Positions 1-10,496 are shown, counted from the first letter of the stretch. The stretch: 64,000 nucleotides of DNA from Alphaproteobacteria bacterium (GCA_964291675.2 OZ219865.1:800001-864000), one strand, 5' to 3'. The notes: generated by a model not told the origin, from the letters alone. Numbers and translations are program-made.

Positions 1-123
1 CGGGGGCTGCACGACGAGGGGGCGGAGCTGCTCCGGGAACGGCTCGCGGAATCGGTCGACATCGATGCCGACACCGCCCGCCGGCTGTTCACCCTGGTCT
101 GCGTCCTGCATGTCAGGGGCTGA
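1..123 (+). CDS. UPF0262 family protein, 3' part only (cut by window edge)
   Basis: Frame 1 reads [40 protein letters not shown], typical UPF0262 C-terminus; usual position upstream of LMW phosphatase/maf in Alphaproteobacteria. Confidence 0.8.
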   Translation, partial: RGLHDEGAELLRERLAESVDIDADTARRLFTLVCVLHVRG

Positions 124-152
124 GAGATGCGCCCGCGACCCGTCCCGGGACC

Positions 153-587
153 ATGATCGGCAGCGTGCTGTTCGCGTGCAGCGAGAACGCGCTGCGCTCG
201 CCCATGGCCGAGGCCATCGCAAAACATCATTTCGGCTCCCGGATCTACGTCGATTCGGTGGGCGTGCGCGAGGGCGAGATCGACCCCTTCGCGGTCGAGG
301 TGCTGGCGGAGATCGGGATCGACGCCTCGCGCCATGTCGCCAAGCGCATGGACGACCTCCTGGACACCTCGTTCGACCTGATCGTCTCGCTGTCGCCCGA
401 GGCGCATCACCGCTCCATCGAGCTCACCCGGACCTCGGCCGCCGAGGTTGAGTACTGGAACACCGTCGACCCCTCGCTGGTCGACGGCAACCGGGAGACG
501 CGTCTGGACGCCTATCGCGCGCTCCGCGACTGGCTGACCCGACGGATCCGCGAACGGCTCGCGCGCGACGACGATCCGTTGCCCTGA
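153..587 (+). CDS. Low-molecular-weight phosphatase / ArsC-like protein
   Basis: VLFACSENALRSPMAEA P-loop (Cx5RS) and C-terminal DP motif. Confidence 0.85.
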   Translation: MIGSVLFACSENALRSPMAEAIAKHHFGSRIYVDSVGVREGEIDPFAVEVLAEIGIDASRHVAKRMDDLLDTSFDLIVSLSPEAHHRSIELTRTSAAEVEYWNTVDPSLVDGNRETRLDAYRALRDWLTRRIRERLARDDDPLP

Positions 588-643
588 CCGCGCACGGGCA
601 TTTTGCTTGACCCCCGCACGGCCAGCCCGCATGACGGTCGCCG

Positions 644-1237
644 ATGGCCGGCATCGAACCGAAGTTGATCCTCGCCTCCGCCTCGCCGCGGCGTCTCGCG
701 CTTCTGCGCCAGGCGGGGTACGAGCCGGACTCGGTGCTGGCGGCCGAGATCGACGAGACGGCGCGGCCGGGCGAGCTGCCGCGCGCCCTGGCGGCGCGGC
801 TGGCGGCGGAAAAGGCGCGCGCCGTGGCGCGGCGCCGCCCGGACGCATGGGTTCTCGCGGCCGACACCGTCGTCGCCTGCGGCCGCCGCATCCTGCCCAA
901 GCCGGCGACCGAGGACGAATCCCGGGACTGCCTCGCCCTCCTGTCGGGGCGCCGCCACAAGGTGTTCGGCGGCGTCCACGTCATCGACCCGGCGGGGCGC
1001 GAGCGCACGCGGAGCGTCGTGACCACGGTCGCCTTCAAGCGCCTCGCGGCCGGCGAGATCGCGGCCTATGCGGCGGGCGGGGAGTGGCGGGACAAGGCCG
1101 GCGGCTATGCCATCCAGGGACGGGCCGGCGCCTTCGTGCGATCCCTGAACGGTTCCTATTTCAATGTCGTCGGCCTACCCTTGTACGAGACGGCGAGCCT
1201 GCTGGAAGGGCTCGGGCTGCGCCGTCCGGAGGGGTGA
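644..1237 (+). CDS. maf: Maf family nucleoside triphosphate pyrophosphatase
   Basis: LILASASPRR, ADTVV, DKAGGYAIQG, NVVGLP motifs. Confidence 0.95.
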   Translation: MAGIEPKLILASASPRRLALLRQAGYEPDSVLAAEIDETARPGELPRALAARLAAEKARAVARRRPDAWVLAADTVVACGRRILPKPATEDESRDCLALLSGRRHKVFGGVHVIDPAGRERTRSVVTTVAFKRLAAGEIAAYAAGGEWRDKAGGYAIQGRAGAFVRSLNGSYFNVVGLPLYETASLLEGLGLRRPEG

Positions 1238-1241
1238 CGCG

Positions 1242-2687
1242 TTGGGCGAGAGGCTGCTGATCGACGCGATGCCGGGCGAGATCCGCGCCGCCCTGGTGGC
1301 GGACGGGCGCGTCGTCGAGCTGTTCGTCGAACGGCGCGGCCGGGAGAGCCTGGTCGGCAACCTCTATCTTGGCCGGGTCGAGCGCATCCTCGACGGCATG
1401 GACGCCGCCTTCGTCGATATCGGGATCGGGCGGTCCGGCTTTCTCGGTCTCGACGGCGCGCGCACCGGCGAGCGCGGAGATGCGGACAGGATCGGCGACT
1501 TCCTGGTCGAGGGCGAAGCCATCGCGGTGCAGGTGGACCGCGACGCGGTCGGCCGCAAGGGGGTGCAGCTCAGCCGCCGGATCTCGCTCGCCGGGCGCTA
1601 CTTGGTGCACACGCCCGGCCGCTCCCGGATCGCGGTGTCGCGACAGATTGCCGACGAGGAGGAGCGCGCCCGCCTCGAAGCGCTCGCGGGCTCGGCCGCC
1701 GACGCAGGCGGCGGCTTCATCGTCCGCACCGCGGCGGACGGCGCGGGTGCGGAAGAGATCGGCGCCGACGCGGGCTATCTCCAGCGGCTGCGGTCGGATA
1801 TCGATGCCCGGCGGGCCGGCGCGTCGCCGCCGGCCCTGCTGCACGAGGAGCCGCCGCCCTTGCTCAGGCTGTTCCGCGACCGGGTGAGGGAGACGACCGA
1901 CGAGATCGTCATCGACTCGCCGGGCGGGTTCGCCGCGGCGCGCGACTACTGCAGGCGTTTTCTGCCGGCGCTGGAGGAGCGCCTCCGCCTCCAGGCCGGG
2001 CCGGAGCACGTGTTCGATGCGGACGAGGTGGACGCGGAGATCGAGCGCGCCCTCGCCCCCCGCTTCCCCCTGCCCTCGGGCGGCGAGCTGGTGATCGAGT
2101 CGACCGAGGCGCTGACCGCGATCGACGTCAACTCGGGACGCTTCACCGGCGGCGGGCGGCTGGAGGAGACGGCGTTCCGCACCAATCTGGAGGCCGCCGA
2201 AGAGGCGCCGCGCCAGCTCCGGCTGCGCAATATCGGCGGGCTGATCCTGATCGACTTCATCCACATGCGCGACGAGAGCCATTGGGGCCGCGTCCTCGAC
2301 GCGCTGGGCGGCGGCCTGGCCGGGGACCGCGCCAATGTGCGGCTGATCGGGCGCACCGGGGCGGGGCTGGTCGAGATCACCCGCCGGCGGCAGCGGGACT
2401 CGCTCGAACGCGCGCTCACCGGGCCCTGCGCCGAGTGCGGCGGCAACGGCAGGAGGGTAACCGCCGAGACCGCGGCGCTCCGCGTCATGCGCGCGCTCAA
2501 GCGCGAGGCGCGGAAGGCGGGGCCGGGCGTGCTCACGGTCGCCGCGCCGAGCGACGTGGTGGACGTCCTGCAAGACTCGGCCGCGCCGGCGATGTCCGAG
2601 CTCGCCGCCGTGCTGGGCCGGCGGATCGCGCTCGAGCGCCAACCGGCTTACGGGCGCGAGACCTTCGACATCGTGGCCGGCGGATGA
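1242..2687 (+). CDS. rng: Ribonuclease G/E family
   Basis: S1 domain GNLYLGRV..AAFVDIG, EALTAIDVNSG, LRLRNIGGLILIDFI, CxxC; TTG start at 1242 with GGAGGGG SD chosen over the ORF-track start. Confidence 0.9.
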   Translation: MGERLLIDAMPGEIRAALVADGRVVELFVERRGRESLVGNLYLGRVERILDGMDAAFVDIGIGRSGFLGLDGARTGERGDADRIGDFLVEGEAIAVQVDRDAVGRKGVQLSRRISLAGRYLVHTPGRSRIAVSRQIADEEERARLEALAGSAADAGGGFIVRTAADGAGAEEIGADAGYLQRLRSDIDARRAGASPPALLHEEPPPLLRLFRDRVRETTDEIVIDSPGGFAAARDYCRRFLPALEERLRLQAGPEHVFDADEVDAEIERALAPRFPLPSGGELVIESTEALTAIDVNSGRFTGGGRLEETAFRTNLEAAEEAPRQLRLRNIGGLILIDFIHMRDESHWGRVLDALGGGLAGDRANVRLIGRTGAGLVEITRRRQRDSLERALTGPCAECGGNGRRVTAETAALRVMRALKREARKAGPGVLTVAAPSDVVDVLQDSAAPAMSELAAVLGRRIALERQPAYGRETFDIVAGG

Positions 2688-2860
2688 CCGGCCGACCGGA
2701 CACCTGCCCGATCTGCGGCCGGCCCGGCGATGCCCGCCACCTTCCGTTCTGCTCGCCCCGCTGCCGGAAAATCGACCTCGGCCGCTGGTTCTCCGGCGCC
2801 TACGCGGTGCCCGCGGTCGAGCCGCCGGACGATTTCGACGAGGACGGGTTCGACGGCTGA
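2684..2860 (+). CDS. yacG: DNA gyrase inhibitor YacG
   Basis: CPICG..PFCSPRCRKIDLGRW zinc-finger motif; ATGA overlap with rng stop. Confidence 0.92.
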   Translation: MTGRPDTCPICGRPGDARHLPFCSPRCRKIDLGRWFSGAYAVPAVEPPDDFDEDGFDG

Positions 2861-2868
2861 ACGCCGTC

Positions 2869-2898
2869 TGGACAGGCCGCTTCCTTCTCCTCTATAAG
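2869..2898 (+). promoter_or_regulatory. Putative sigma70 promoter of tRNA-Phe
   Basis: TGGACA (2869-2874) and TATAAG (2893-2898) just upstream of the tRNA. Confidence 0.5.
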
Positions 2899-2912
2899 CG
2901 TGCCCCTCAGGT

Positions 2913-2988
2913 GCCCAGGTAGCTCAGTTGGTAGAGCACATGACTGAAAATCATGGTGTCGGTAGTTCGATTCTACCCCTGGGCACCA
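2913..2988 (+). tRNA. tRNA-Phe (GAA)
   Basis: 76 nt; GCCCAGG/CCTGGGC acceptor stem, D loop AGTTGGTA, anticodon loop CTGAAAA, GTTCGA T loop, encoded CCA. Confidence 0.97.
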
Positions 2989-3191
2989 TTCATCGTACCA
3001 ACCTGTCGAAACCGAAGGATTGCCCCTGGGCCTAGGGCGACGACCCTGCGCTCAATCCCGCCGTGTCCCGTGACGCCTCGGCGACGGCGAGGGCTCGCCC
3101 CGGCTCGGCTTTCCCGTCGCGCGTCGCGGCGAACAGGGTTGCTGCGCGCGCGCCGCAGGGACAAGCTCGGTCGACAAGACGGGAGATCGGC

Positions 3192-4646
3192 TTGGCGAAC
3201 CGCGAGAGCATTTTGGTCCGGGACGCGATGGTGCTGTCGCTCGACCGCGACGATGCCGTTCACGAGCGCGCCAACGTCGTCGTATCCGGCGGTGAAATCC
3301 TCGCGGTCGGCCCGGATGCCGGCGCCGGGGAAGAGCGCTTCGATCGCGTGATAGAAGGACGCGGACGCCTGCTCGCGCCCGGCTTCGTGAACGCGCACAC
3401 CCATTCCCCGGCCAATCTGATCCAGGGGACCGGCGACCGCCTCAGCCACCCCGCATTCATGTGGATGAACCAGGCCTACACCGCGCACCGGACGCCTCGC
3501 GAGGTGTATGTCAGCGCGATGCTCGGCTGCATCCAGATGCTGTCGAGCGGGACCACCGCCGTGCTCGATCACTTCCCGGGTCAGGCCTGCACGATGGCGG
3601 ACGTGGATGCGGCGATGGAGGCCTACCGCGACTCCGGCATGCGGGCGGTGCTGGGGCTGAGGTTCTACGATGCGGCCTTCGCGGACATCCTCCCCGAGGA
3701 CGGCGCGATACCGCGCGAGGTGGCGGCGGAGATCGACGCGCTGGACCCCCTGAAGCCGGTACCGCTCGAAGAGATGCGCGCGCTCACGGTCGAGGCGGTG
3801 CAACGCTGGCACGGCTTCGACGGCAGGCTTGCCGTGTTTCCCGCCCCGTCGAACCCGGAGCGCTGCTCCGATGCGGCGCTGGTCATGTGCGGAGAGCTGG
3901 CGCACCGCTACGATCTCGGGATCCACACCCACCTTCTGGAATCGCGTGTCCAGGCGGAGATCGCGCAGAGGAAATACGGATGCACGATGGTCGAGCACCT
4001 GGCCCGGCTCGGCCTGCTCGACCGCAGGCTCTCCCTCGCCCATTCGATCTGGCTGGACGATGACGACATCGGCCGTCTCGCGGATGGCGGGTCGGTGGTC
4101 GTGCACAACCCGGAGAGCAACCTGAAGATCGGGGCGGGAACGGCGCCGATCCCCGAGATGATGGCGCAAGGCGTGAAGATCGCGCTGGGCACCGACGGTG
4201 CGGGGACCAACGACAACCTGATCATGCACGAGGCGCTGCGCCTCGCGGCCGTCCTGCACCGCCCGGCGCTCGCCGAACGCGGGCGCTGGCCGGGGGCGAA
4301 GGATGTCCTGCGCATGGCGACCGAAGGGGGCGCGGCGGCGATCCTGCGATCGGGGACCATCGGCTCGATAGAAGTCGGCAGGCGGGCCGACCTCGTCCTC
4401 TACCGGCTGGACGCGCCGTGGTGGGTACCGGTCAACGACCCGTCGAGCCAGCTTGTGTTCGCCGAGAACGGGAGCTCCGTGGAAACCGTGCTGGTGGACG
4501 GGCGGGTGGTGGTGGAGGACGGCCGGATCGTCGCCTTCGATGCCGAATCCATCCTGCGCGAGGCCGCGCCGATGATGTCGCGGATCCTCGAGCGCAACCG
4601 CAGGCTTTACGCGCTGGCCAGCCGCATGGCCGAGCTGTTCCCCTGA
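3192..4646 (+). CDS. Metal-dependent amidohydrolase (MTA/SAH deaminase, AtzA-like family)
   Basis: PGFVNAHTH, IHTHLLES, AHSIW, HNPESN, GTDG motifs; TTG start after GGGAG SD. Confidence 0.88.
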   Translation: MANRESILVRDAMVLSLDRDDAVHERANVVVSGGEILAVGPDAGAGEERFDRVIEGRGRLLAPGFVNAHTHSPANLIQGTGDRLSHPAFMWMNQAYTAHRTPREVYVSAMLGCIQMLSSGTTAVLDHFPGQACTMADVDAAMEAYRDSGMRAVLGLRFYDAAFADILPEDGAIPREVAAEIDALDPLKPVPLEEMRALTVEAVQRWHGFDGRLAVFPAPSNPERCSDAALVMCGELAHRYDLGIHTHLLESRVQAEIAQRKYGCTMVEHLARLGLLDRRLSLAHSIWLDDDDIGRLADGGSVVVHNPESNLKIGAGTAPIPEMMAQGVKIALGTDGAGTNDNLIMHEALRLAAVLHRPALAERGRWPGAKDVLRMATEGGAAAILRSGTIGSIEVGRRADLVLYRLDAPWWVPVNDPSSQLVFAENGSSVETVLVDGRVVVEDGRIVAFDAESILREAAPMMSRILERNRRLYALASRMAELFP

Positions 4647-4794
4647 GCCCGGTCGACCGGGCGAAGGGACTGCTCTACTATTCGCGCGATGCAATCGTGG
4701 CCGGCAGCCCGTCCCCACCGACCGTCGCGGCGGGCTGCCGATTTCGGCCGAGCGGGGTCGGACCGTCGATTTCCCCAGACAGGAGGGTGTGGCC

Positions 4795-5856
4795 ATGCGT
4801 AAGACACTCATCGCGCTGTCCGCAGCGCTTGCTCTCGCCATGGCGGCGGATGCGGCCGCCCAGGCCAAGTTTCAGTTCAAGATGACCAGCTTCGTGCCCG
4901 AGGGCACCGTTACCTGGAAGCTCTATCCGCAAGCCTTCGCCGAGAAGGTCAGGATCGCCACCGACGGCGCCGTCGCGGTCAAGCCGTACGGCGCCTTCGT
5001 TCTGGCCAGCATCTTCGAGGCGCACAGGGCGGTGAAGGACCGCCGGGCCGACATGGCCTATCATTACCCCGGTTTCGAGATCAACGAGCTGCCCGCCTCG
5101 GCGTTCATCGGCGACATTCCGGGCGGGATGGGGCCGCACGCCAAGCTGCTCTGGGTGCTGGGCGGCGGCGGCGAGCAATTGTGGACCGACTATCGCCACA
5201 GCCTCGGCTATCACGGGATGTTCTGCGGCATCATCGGCTCGGAGCTGTTCGCGAACTCCCACAAGAAGGTGCAGACTCTCGCCGACCTCAAGGGGTTCCG
5301 CTACCGCACCGCGGGGGCGAACACGTTCGTCATGCGCAAGCTGGGCGCCGCGCCGACGCTGGTGCCCGGGCCCGAGGTCTTCACCATGCTCGAACGCAAG
5401 GCCGTGGACGGCGCCGAATATCTCGATCCCTACGGAAACTACTCCCTCGGCTTTCAGAAGGTCGCCAAATACGTCATCTATCCCGGCATTCACGCGCCGG
5501 GCGGCCTTTACGAAGTCCTGATGCGAAAGGAGAGCTGGGATGCGCTGCCGAGGGATATCCAGGCCAAGATGCAGATGGTCTGCGATTCCGTGATGATCCG
5601 CTCCTATGCGACGCTCAACGTCAACAACGCCAGGGCGATGAGCGAGATGGATGCCTCGCCGGCCAACGAACTGGTCGAATTGTCGCCCGAGTTCATCGAC
5701 GCGGTACGCAAGGCCGGACGGGAATGGGCCGACGCCAAGGTCGAGGAGCAGAACGCCAAGGGAAATCCGTGGATGGAGAAGTTTGCCAAGAGCTTCTACG
5801 CCTTCCAGGAGTCCTGGTCGAAGAACTCCAAGTATCTCGTGATCGACCGGCAATAG
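4795..5856 (+). CDS. dctP: TRAP transporter substrate-binding protein
   Basis: Signal peptide, DLKGFRYR, LGAAP, ERKAVDGAE; followed by small and large TRAP subunits. Confidence 0.9.
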   Translation: MRKTLIALSAALALAMAADAAAQAKFQFKMTSFVPEGTVTWKLYPQAFAEKVRIATDGAVAVKPYGAFVLASIFEAHRAVKDRRADMAYHYPGFEINELPASAFIGDIPGGMGPHAKLLWVLGGGGEQLWTDYRHSLGYHGMFCGIIGSELFANSHKKVQTLADLKGFRYRTAGANTFVMRKLGAAPTLVPGPEVFTMLERKAVDGAEYLDPYGNYSLGFQKVAKYVIYPGIHAPGGLYEVLMRKESWDALPRDIQAKMQMVCDSVMIRSYATLNVNNARAMSEMDASPANELVELSPEFIDAVRKAGREWADAKVEEQNAKGNPWMEKFAKSFYAFQESWSKNSKYLVIDRQ

Positions 5857-5895
5857 CCGCCGGGCCGCGCTCGGGCGGGTGAGGCGCCGGCCCCG

Positions 5896-6438
5896 GTGCG
5901 ATCCATGCGGGTTCTCCCTTCGCTCGACAGGTGGGCCGATGCCCCGGCGCGCCTCGTTTGCTATGCCGGGTTCGCTCTGTTCCCGGCGCTCATCCTCGTC
6001 GGGCTCTACGAGGTGGTCGCCCGCTACGCGTTCAATGCCCCCACGATCTGGGCCTTCGACATCACCTTCATGGTGCACGGGGCCCTGTTCATGCTGACCG
6101 GCGCCTACGGGCTGCTGAAGAACGTGCATGTCCGCATCGATGTGCTTTCGAGCCGCCTGCCGCTGGCGGTGCAGCACATCGCCAATATCCTGTCCTATGT
6201 CTTCCTGTTCATTCCGGCGATGTGGATCGTCGGCGACGCGGCGTTGCGGCGGAGCTATTCGGCGTTCGTCACCGACGAGGTGGAGCTGGTGAGCGCGTGG
6301 GCGCCGATCGTCTGGCCGTTCTATACCGCGCTTGCCGTCGGCCTGCTGGCGCTCTGGCTGCAGGCCTGCGTGGAGACCGTGCGGCACGGGGCCGGCGTCC
6401 TCGCGGCCCGCCGCGGCGCGACCGGCGGCGGGGCATAG
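5896..6438 (+). CDS. dctQ: TRAP transporter small permease
   Basis: EVVARYAFNAPTIWA, HVRIDV; 4 TM segments. Confidence 0.9.
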   Translation: MRSMRVLPSLDRWADAPARLVCYAGFALFPALILVGLYEVVARYAFNAPTIWAFDITFMVHGALFMLTGAYGLLKNVHVRIDVLSSRLPLAVQHIANILSYVFLFIPAMWIVGDAALRRSYSAFVTDEVELVSAWAPIVWPFYTALAVGLLALWLQACVETVRHGAGVLAARRGATGGGA

Positions 6439-6458
6439 GGGCCGGCCCGGGCGCGGTC

Positions 6459-7778
6459 ATGCTGGAAATCCCCGCGATCTGGATGTTCCCGGCGCTTTTC
6501 GTCCTCGTGTTCATGGGCATACCGGTGGCGTTCGCCATGATCGGGCTGTCCTTCGCGTTCGGGTACTGGTTCTTCGGCGACACGCTGGGCCCGCAGATGT
6601 TCAGCCGGCTGAAGGACGTGTCGTCCAACTACGTGCTGACGGCGCTGCCCCTGTTCATCTTCATGGGCAGCGCGCTGGAGCGCTCGGGCATCGCCGACCG
6701 GCTGTTCCGGGCGATCCAGCTCTGGATCGGCAGGCTCCGCGGCGGGCTGGCGCTCACGTCGATTTCGATGTGCAGCATCTTCGCCGCCTGCTCCGGCGTC
6801 GTCGGCGCGGTCGAGACGGTCGTCGGCATGATGGCCATCCCGCCGATGGTCAAGCAGCGCTACAAGCACGACCTCATATCGGGGACGATCTGCGCCGGCG
6901 GCTCGCTCGGCACCATCATCCCGCCGACGGTCGTGGTGGTGGTCTACGGCTCGGTGGTGGAGGAATCGATCGGCGACCTGTTCGCCGGCGTGGTGGTTCC
7001 CGGCCTGCTGATGACCCTTCTGTTCATCGTCTATATCGCGCTGCGCTGCCATCTCAGGCCCGAGGACGGGCCGGCGCTCGAGGCCGACGAGATGCGCGTG
7101 CCGACGATCGAGAAGCTGCGCATCACCGCGGTCGCGCTGGTCCCCGCGATCGTCCTGATCGTTGCCGTCCTCGGATCCATTCTCGCCGGCATCGCCTCGC
7201 CCACCGAGGCCGCGGCCGTCGGAGCGTTCGGCGCGGTCGCGCTCATCGTCGCCTATGGGCGGATGTCCTGGGACATCGCCATGCAGGTCGTCGAGCGCGC
7301 CATCCGGGTGAACGTGATGGTCATGTTCACCGTGCTCGGGGGCGTGATGTTCTCCGCGATCTTCATGGTCAATGGCGGCAACGACCTCATCCGCGTGTTT
7401 CTCGATACCTTCGAGCCGGGCCCTGTCGAGCTGACGATCCTGATGCTCGCGGTGTTCTTCGTGCTGGGGTTCATTCTCGACTGGGTGTCGATCGTGCTGA
7501 TCTGCATGCCGATCTTCACGCCGCTGATCAGGAGCGTGGGCATCGACCCGATATGGTTCGGGATCATGGTCTGCATCGTCATCCAGACCTCTTACCTCAC
7601 GCCGCCGGTGGCGCCGTCCATCTACTATCTGCGGGCGATCGCGCCGCCGGAAATCACCTATGGGGAGATGTTCCGCGGGGTCGTGCCCTTCGTGATCTGC
7701 CAGCTCATCGTGCTCGCGGTCGTCGCGTTCTATCCGCCCACCGCGCTCTACTTGCCGTCGCTGCTGTTCGGCGGTTGA
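6459..7778 (+). CDS. dctM: TRAP transporter large permease
   Basis: GIPVAFA, ALPLFIFMG, GGSLGTIIPP, SPTEAAA, SYLTPP. Confidence 0.92.
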   Translation: MLEIPAIWMFPALFVLVFMGIPVAFAMIGLSFAFGYWFFGDTLGPQMFSRLKDVSSNYVLTALPLFIFMGSALERSGIADRLFRAIQLWIGRLRGGLALTSISMCSIFAACSGVVGAVETVVGMMAIPPMVKQRYKHDLISGTICAGGSLGTIIPPTVVVVVYGSVVEESIGDLFAGVVVPGLLMTLLFIVYIALRCHLRPEDGPALEADEMRVPTIEKLRITAVALVPAIVLIVAVLGSILAGIASPTEAAAVGAFGAVALIVAYGRMSWDIAMQVVERAIRVNVMVMFTVLGGVMFSAIFMVNGGNDLIRVFLDTFEPGPVELTILMLAVFFVLGFILDWVSIVLICMPIFTPLIRSVGIDPIWFGIMVCIVIQTSYLTPPVAPSIYYLRAIAPPEITYGEMFRGVVPFVICQLIVLAVVAFYPPTALYLPSLLFGG

Positions 7779-7794
7779 AGCGCCGGACCAGCCG

Positions 7795-8817
7795 TCAGTC
7801 GCCGAGCTCCTCGCGCAGGAAGTTGAACAGGCGAAGCACCTCGCGGTCGGTGTAGACGAACAGGCGGGCCACGTCGCTGGCGGCGACGTGCGAGATCCAG
7901 TTCCAGTGCGGCAGGGTGAAGACGTCGCGCTCCGCCCACTCGACGGTCTCCCCGCCGACGGTGGAGCGGCCCTCGCCTTCGACCACCGTCACGATGGCGT
8001 TGGCCGTGGTGCGCACCGGCCGGGTCTCACGACCCCTCGCGAGCTCCCAGGCGTAGCAGTCCATGCTGCGGATCACCGGCCCGCCGTCGACCGGGTTGGT
8101 GTAGCGGACCCGCCTCGCGCCGTCGGGCGCCGCCGGGGCCGCCTCCAGCGCCGCCAGGGTGCGGCTCCAGGGGTAGCGGAACATCGGCGAGTATGGCGTC
8201 GCGGGCGCGTCGGTGTCGGGCATGTACCCGGCGACGGCGAAGGCCCGGTCGGGAATGGCGGACAAGTCCGGTTCCCGCGCGTTCCCGCCGCCGTGCTCCA
8301 TGAACATCGGCCCGAGATTCTGCGCCAGCGGGATGTCGAGCGCATCCAGCCAGACCGACCGCCGGTCGGTCGGGTTGCTGTGCTCGTGCCACGCCCAGTT
8401 CGGCGTCAGGATCAGGTCGCCCGGCTCCATCGGGCAGGGCTCGCCGTTGACCGAGGTGATGCCGCCCCCCTCGATGACGAAGCGCATCGCGGACGGGGTG
8501 TGGCGATGCGAGACCGCGGACTCGCCGGGCTCGAGGATCTGGATGCCGGCGAACAAATTGGTCGTGGTGAAGCTCCTGCCGCCGAAATCGGGGTTGACCA
8601 GCATCAGCGCGCGGCGCTCGGCGTTCTCCATCGGCACCTCGCGGCCGGCGCGGTCGACGAAGGGGGCGAGGTCCTTCCAGCGCCAGATCCGCGCCGTGTC
8701 GGGCGCGCGCGGCTCGGACAGCATGACCTCGTCGCAGACCTCCCAGAACGGCCAGACCGCGGACTCGCGCAAAGTTCGGTGGAAGTCGGAAAGGGTATTT
8801 GTTGCCGCCTCGGCCAT
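7795..8817 (-). CDS. Gentisate 1,2-dioxygenase-like bicupin ring-cleavage dioxygenase
   Basis: AERRALMLVNP, HRHTPSAMRF, GDLILTPNWAWHEH, WLDALDIP, NPVDGGPV. Confidence 0.85.
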   Translation of the reverse strand: MAEAATNTLSDFHRTLRESAVWPFWEVCDEVMLSEPRAPDTARIWRWKDLAPFVDRAGREVPMENAERRALMLVNPDFGGRSFTTTNLFAGIQILEPGESAVSHRHTPSAMRFVIEGGGITSVNGEPCPMEPGDLILTPNWAWHEHSNPTDRRSVWLDALDIPLAQNLGPMFMEHGGGNAREPDLSAIPDRAFAVAGYMPDTDAPATPYSPMFRYPWSRTLAALEAAPAAPDGARRVRYTNPVDGGPVIRSMDCYAWELARGRETRPVRTTANAIVTVVEGEGRSTVGGETVEWAERDVFTLPHWNWISHVAASDVARLFVYTDREVLRLFNFLREELGD

Positions 8818-8891
8818 GCCCCATCTCCCCAATGTCCGGTAGGCCGCCGGCTCGGATGTTAGTCCATGCCCGGCCTATGCGCCAAACCGCG

Positions 8892-10496
8892 CTAGATCGG
8901 CTCCAGCCGGGGCGGGGCGGCGCGGGTGCCGGAGCCGCGCGTCGGCACCATCGGGACGGCGAAGCCCTGCTGGTGGCAGGCGCGGGTGATCACGGCGAAC
9001 TTCCACAGCGCGCCGCCGGCGACGGCAAGCACGCCGCCGAGCCCGATCGCCCAGGCCGATAGCGGGAAGGCGATCGCCAGCCCGACCAGGCAGAGAATGG
9101 CCGGGGCGGCATGGCCGAAGGCGGTCACGACGGGCGCCACGGCGTCGAGCTCGGCACGGGCGAGCGGCCCGATCCCCCGCGTCGCGGCGGTCCTGCGGTA
9201 AAGCTGCCAGAGCGCGCCGGTGGCGAGCGACAGCGCGACGATCGCCCAGGCTGCACCCGCGACCGCCCCTTCGCCCGTGACCTTCATCAGGAAGGCGAGC
9301 AGCCCGGCCCCTTCGAGCAGGCCGGAGAGCGCGATCAGCCAAGGGACCAGCGGCGCCCGCCAGGCGGGTATCCCCTTGCCGGCGAACAGGATCCGCGCCT
9401 GGCAGTAGAGGAAGGTTGCGCCGGCGAGCGCCACGGCGGCGTGGAGCGCGGGGTGCGGCCAGACCGCGTCGAGGGCGAGCGCCGGGTAGAGCACGGCCAC
9501 CGCATAGGTCTCGCGCGTCATCCACGAGCTCTGCGGGCGCTTGAGCACGTAGAGGAATCGCAGCTTGCGGCCGATCTCGAGAAAGACGAAGAACAGCCCC
9601 GCCGCCATCAGCGCGGCGGCGACGAGGTAGACTTTTAGCAGCGCCTCGGCCCCCAGCATGCCGAACAGCGCCGCGAGGCCGGCGACCGCCATGGCGCCGC
9701 CCGACAGCCCGCCAAGGACAAAGTTCATCGCCGCGCGCGCGTCCCAGAAGGTCTGGCGCTCGCCGACCAGCGGGTTTTCCGCATCGCTCATCGCCGCATC
9801 GCCGGTATCCGCTTCCTCGGCCGGCCGCCCCGGCGTCGCGTTGGGCACGTCGTAGAGGTAGCGGATCTGCGGGTCGGTGCCGAGCTCGGCATGCATCTGG
9901 AAGCTCGCATTGTCGCTGGCGAGCCGGGACACGTTGCTGTCGGGGTCGGCGAAATCGCCGAAATGGAGCGCCTGGGCGATGCAGGAGGCGGCGCAGGCCG
10001 GGGTGTATTCGAGATCGACGCCCGGGACGAGCCCGAGCGCCGCCGCCTCGTCCACCCGCTCGACGCAGAAGGTGCACTTGTTGGCCACGCCCACCCGCTC
10101 GTCATGCGCGACCCGCGCCTCCTGCGCCGTCGGCTCGCCGTAATACCAGCCCGCCTCGTGGGCGATGGTGCGTGCCTGGTAGGGGCAGGCGACCGCGCAG
10201 TAGCCGCAGCCGATGCAGGTGTCGTAGTCCATCGTCACCAGCCCGTCGGCGCGCTGGCGGGTCGCGCCGGTCGGGCAGACCGGGACGCAGGGCGGCTCGG
10301 CGCAATGCTGGCAGCCGGTGACCAGGAACAGCCGCTCGACATCGGGGTAGGTGCCGCGCTCGACATCGAGCACGCGGCGCCACTGCACCCCGGGCGGGGT
10401 GTCGTTGGCGTGCTTGCAGGCGATCGCGCAGGTCTGGCAGCCGACGCAGCGGTTGAGGTCGACCACCATGCCGTAGCGCGGCGGGGATTCGGTCAC
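8892..10496 (-). CDS. Fused 4Fe-4S subunit (PadC/DmsB-like) + membrane anchor (PadD/DmsC-like)
   Basis: CVGCQTC, CQHCAEPPC, CIGCGYC, KCTFC, then without a stop WDARAA..EIGRKLR..SSWMTRE and several TM helices. Confidence 0.85.
   Translation of the reverse strand: MTESPPRYGMVVDLNRCVGCQTCAIACKHANDTPPGVQWRRVLDVERGTYPDVERLFLVTGCQHCAEPPCVPVCPTGATRQRADGLVTMDYDTCIGCGYCAVACPYQARTIAHEAGWYYGEPTAQEARVAHDERVGVANKCTFCVERVDEAAALGLVPGVDLEYTPACAASCIAQALHFGDFADPDSNVSRLASDNASFQMHAELGTDPQIRYLYDVPNATPGRPAEEADTGDAAMSDAENPLVGERQTFWDARAAMNFVLGGLSGGAMAVAGLAALFGMLGAEALLKVYLVAAALMAAGLFFVFLEIGRKLRFLYVLKRPQSSWMTRETYAVAVLYPALALDAVWPHPALHAAVALAGATFLYCQARILFAGKGIPAWRAPLVPWLIALSGLLEGAGLLAFLMKVTGEGAVAGAAWAIVALSLATGALWQLYRRTAATRGIGPLARAELDAVAPVVTAFGHAAPAILCLVGLAIAFPLSAWAIGLGGVLAVAGGALWKFAVITRACHQQGFAVPMVPTRGSGTRAAPPRLEPI

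Noticed and set aside
2989-3035. Integration scar at tRNA-Phe (CCCCTGGGC repeated just downstream)
   Set aside because: Only about 9 bp, no integrase and no convincing distal att copy
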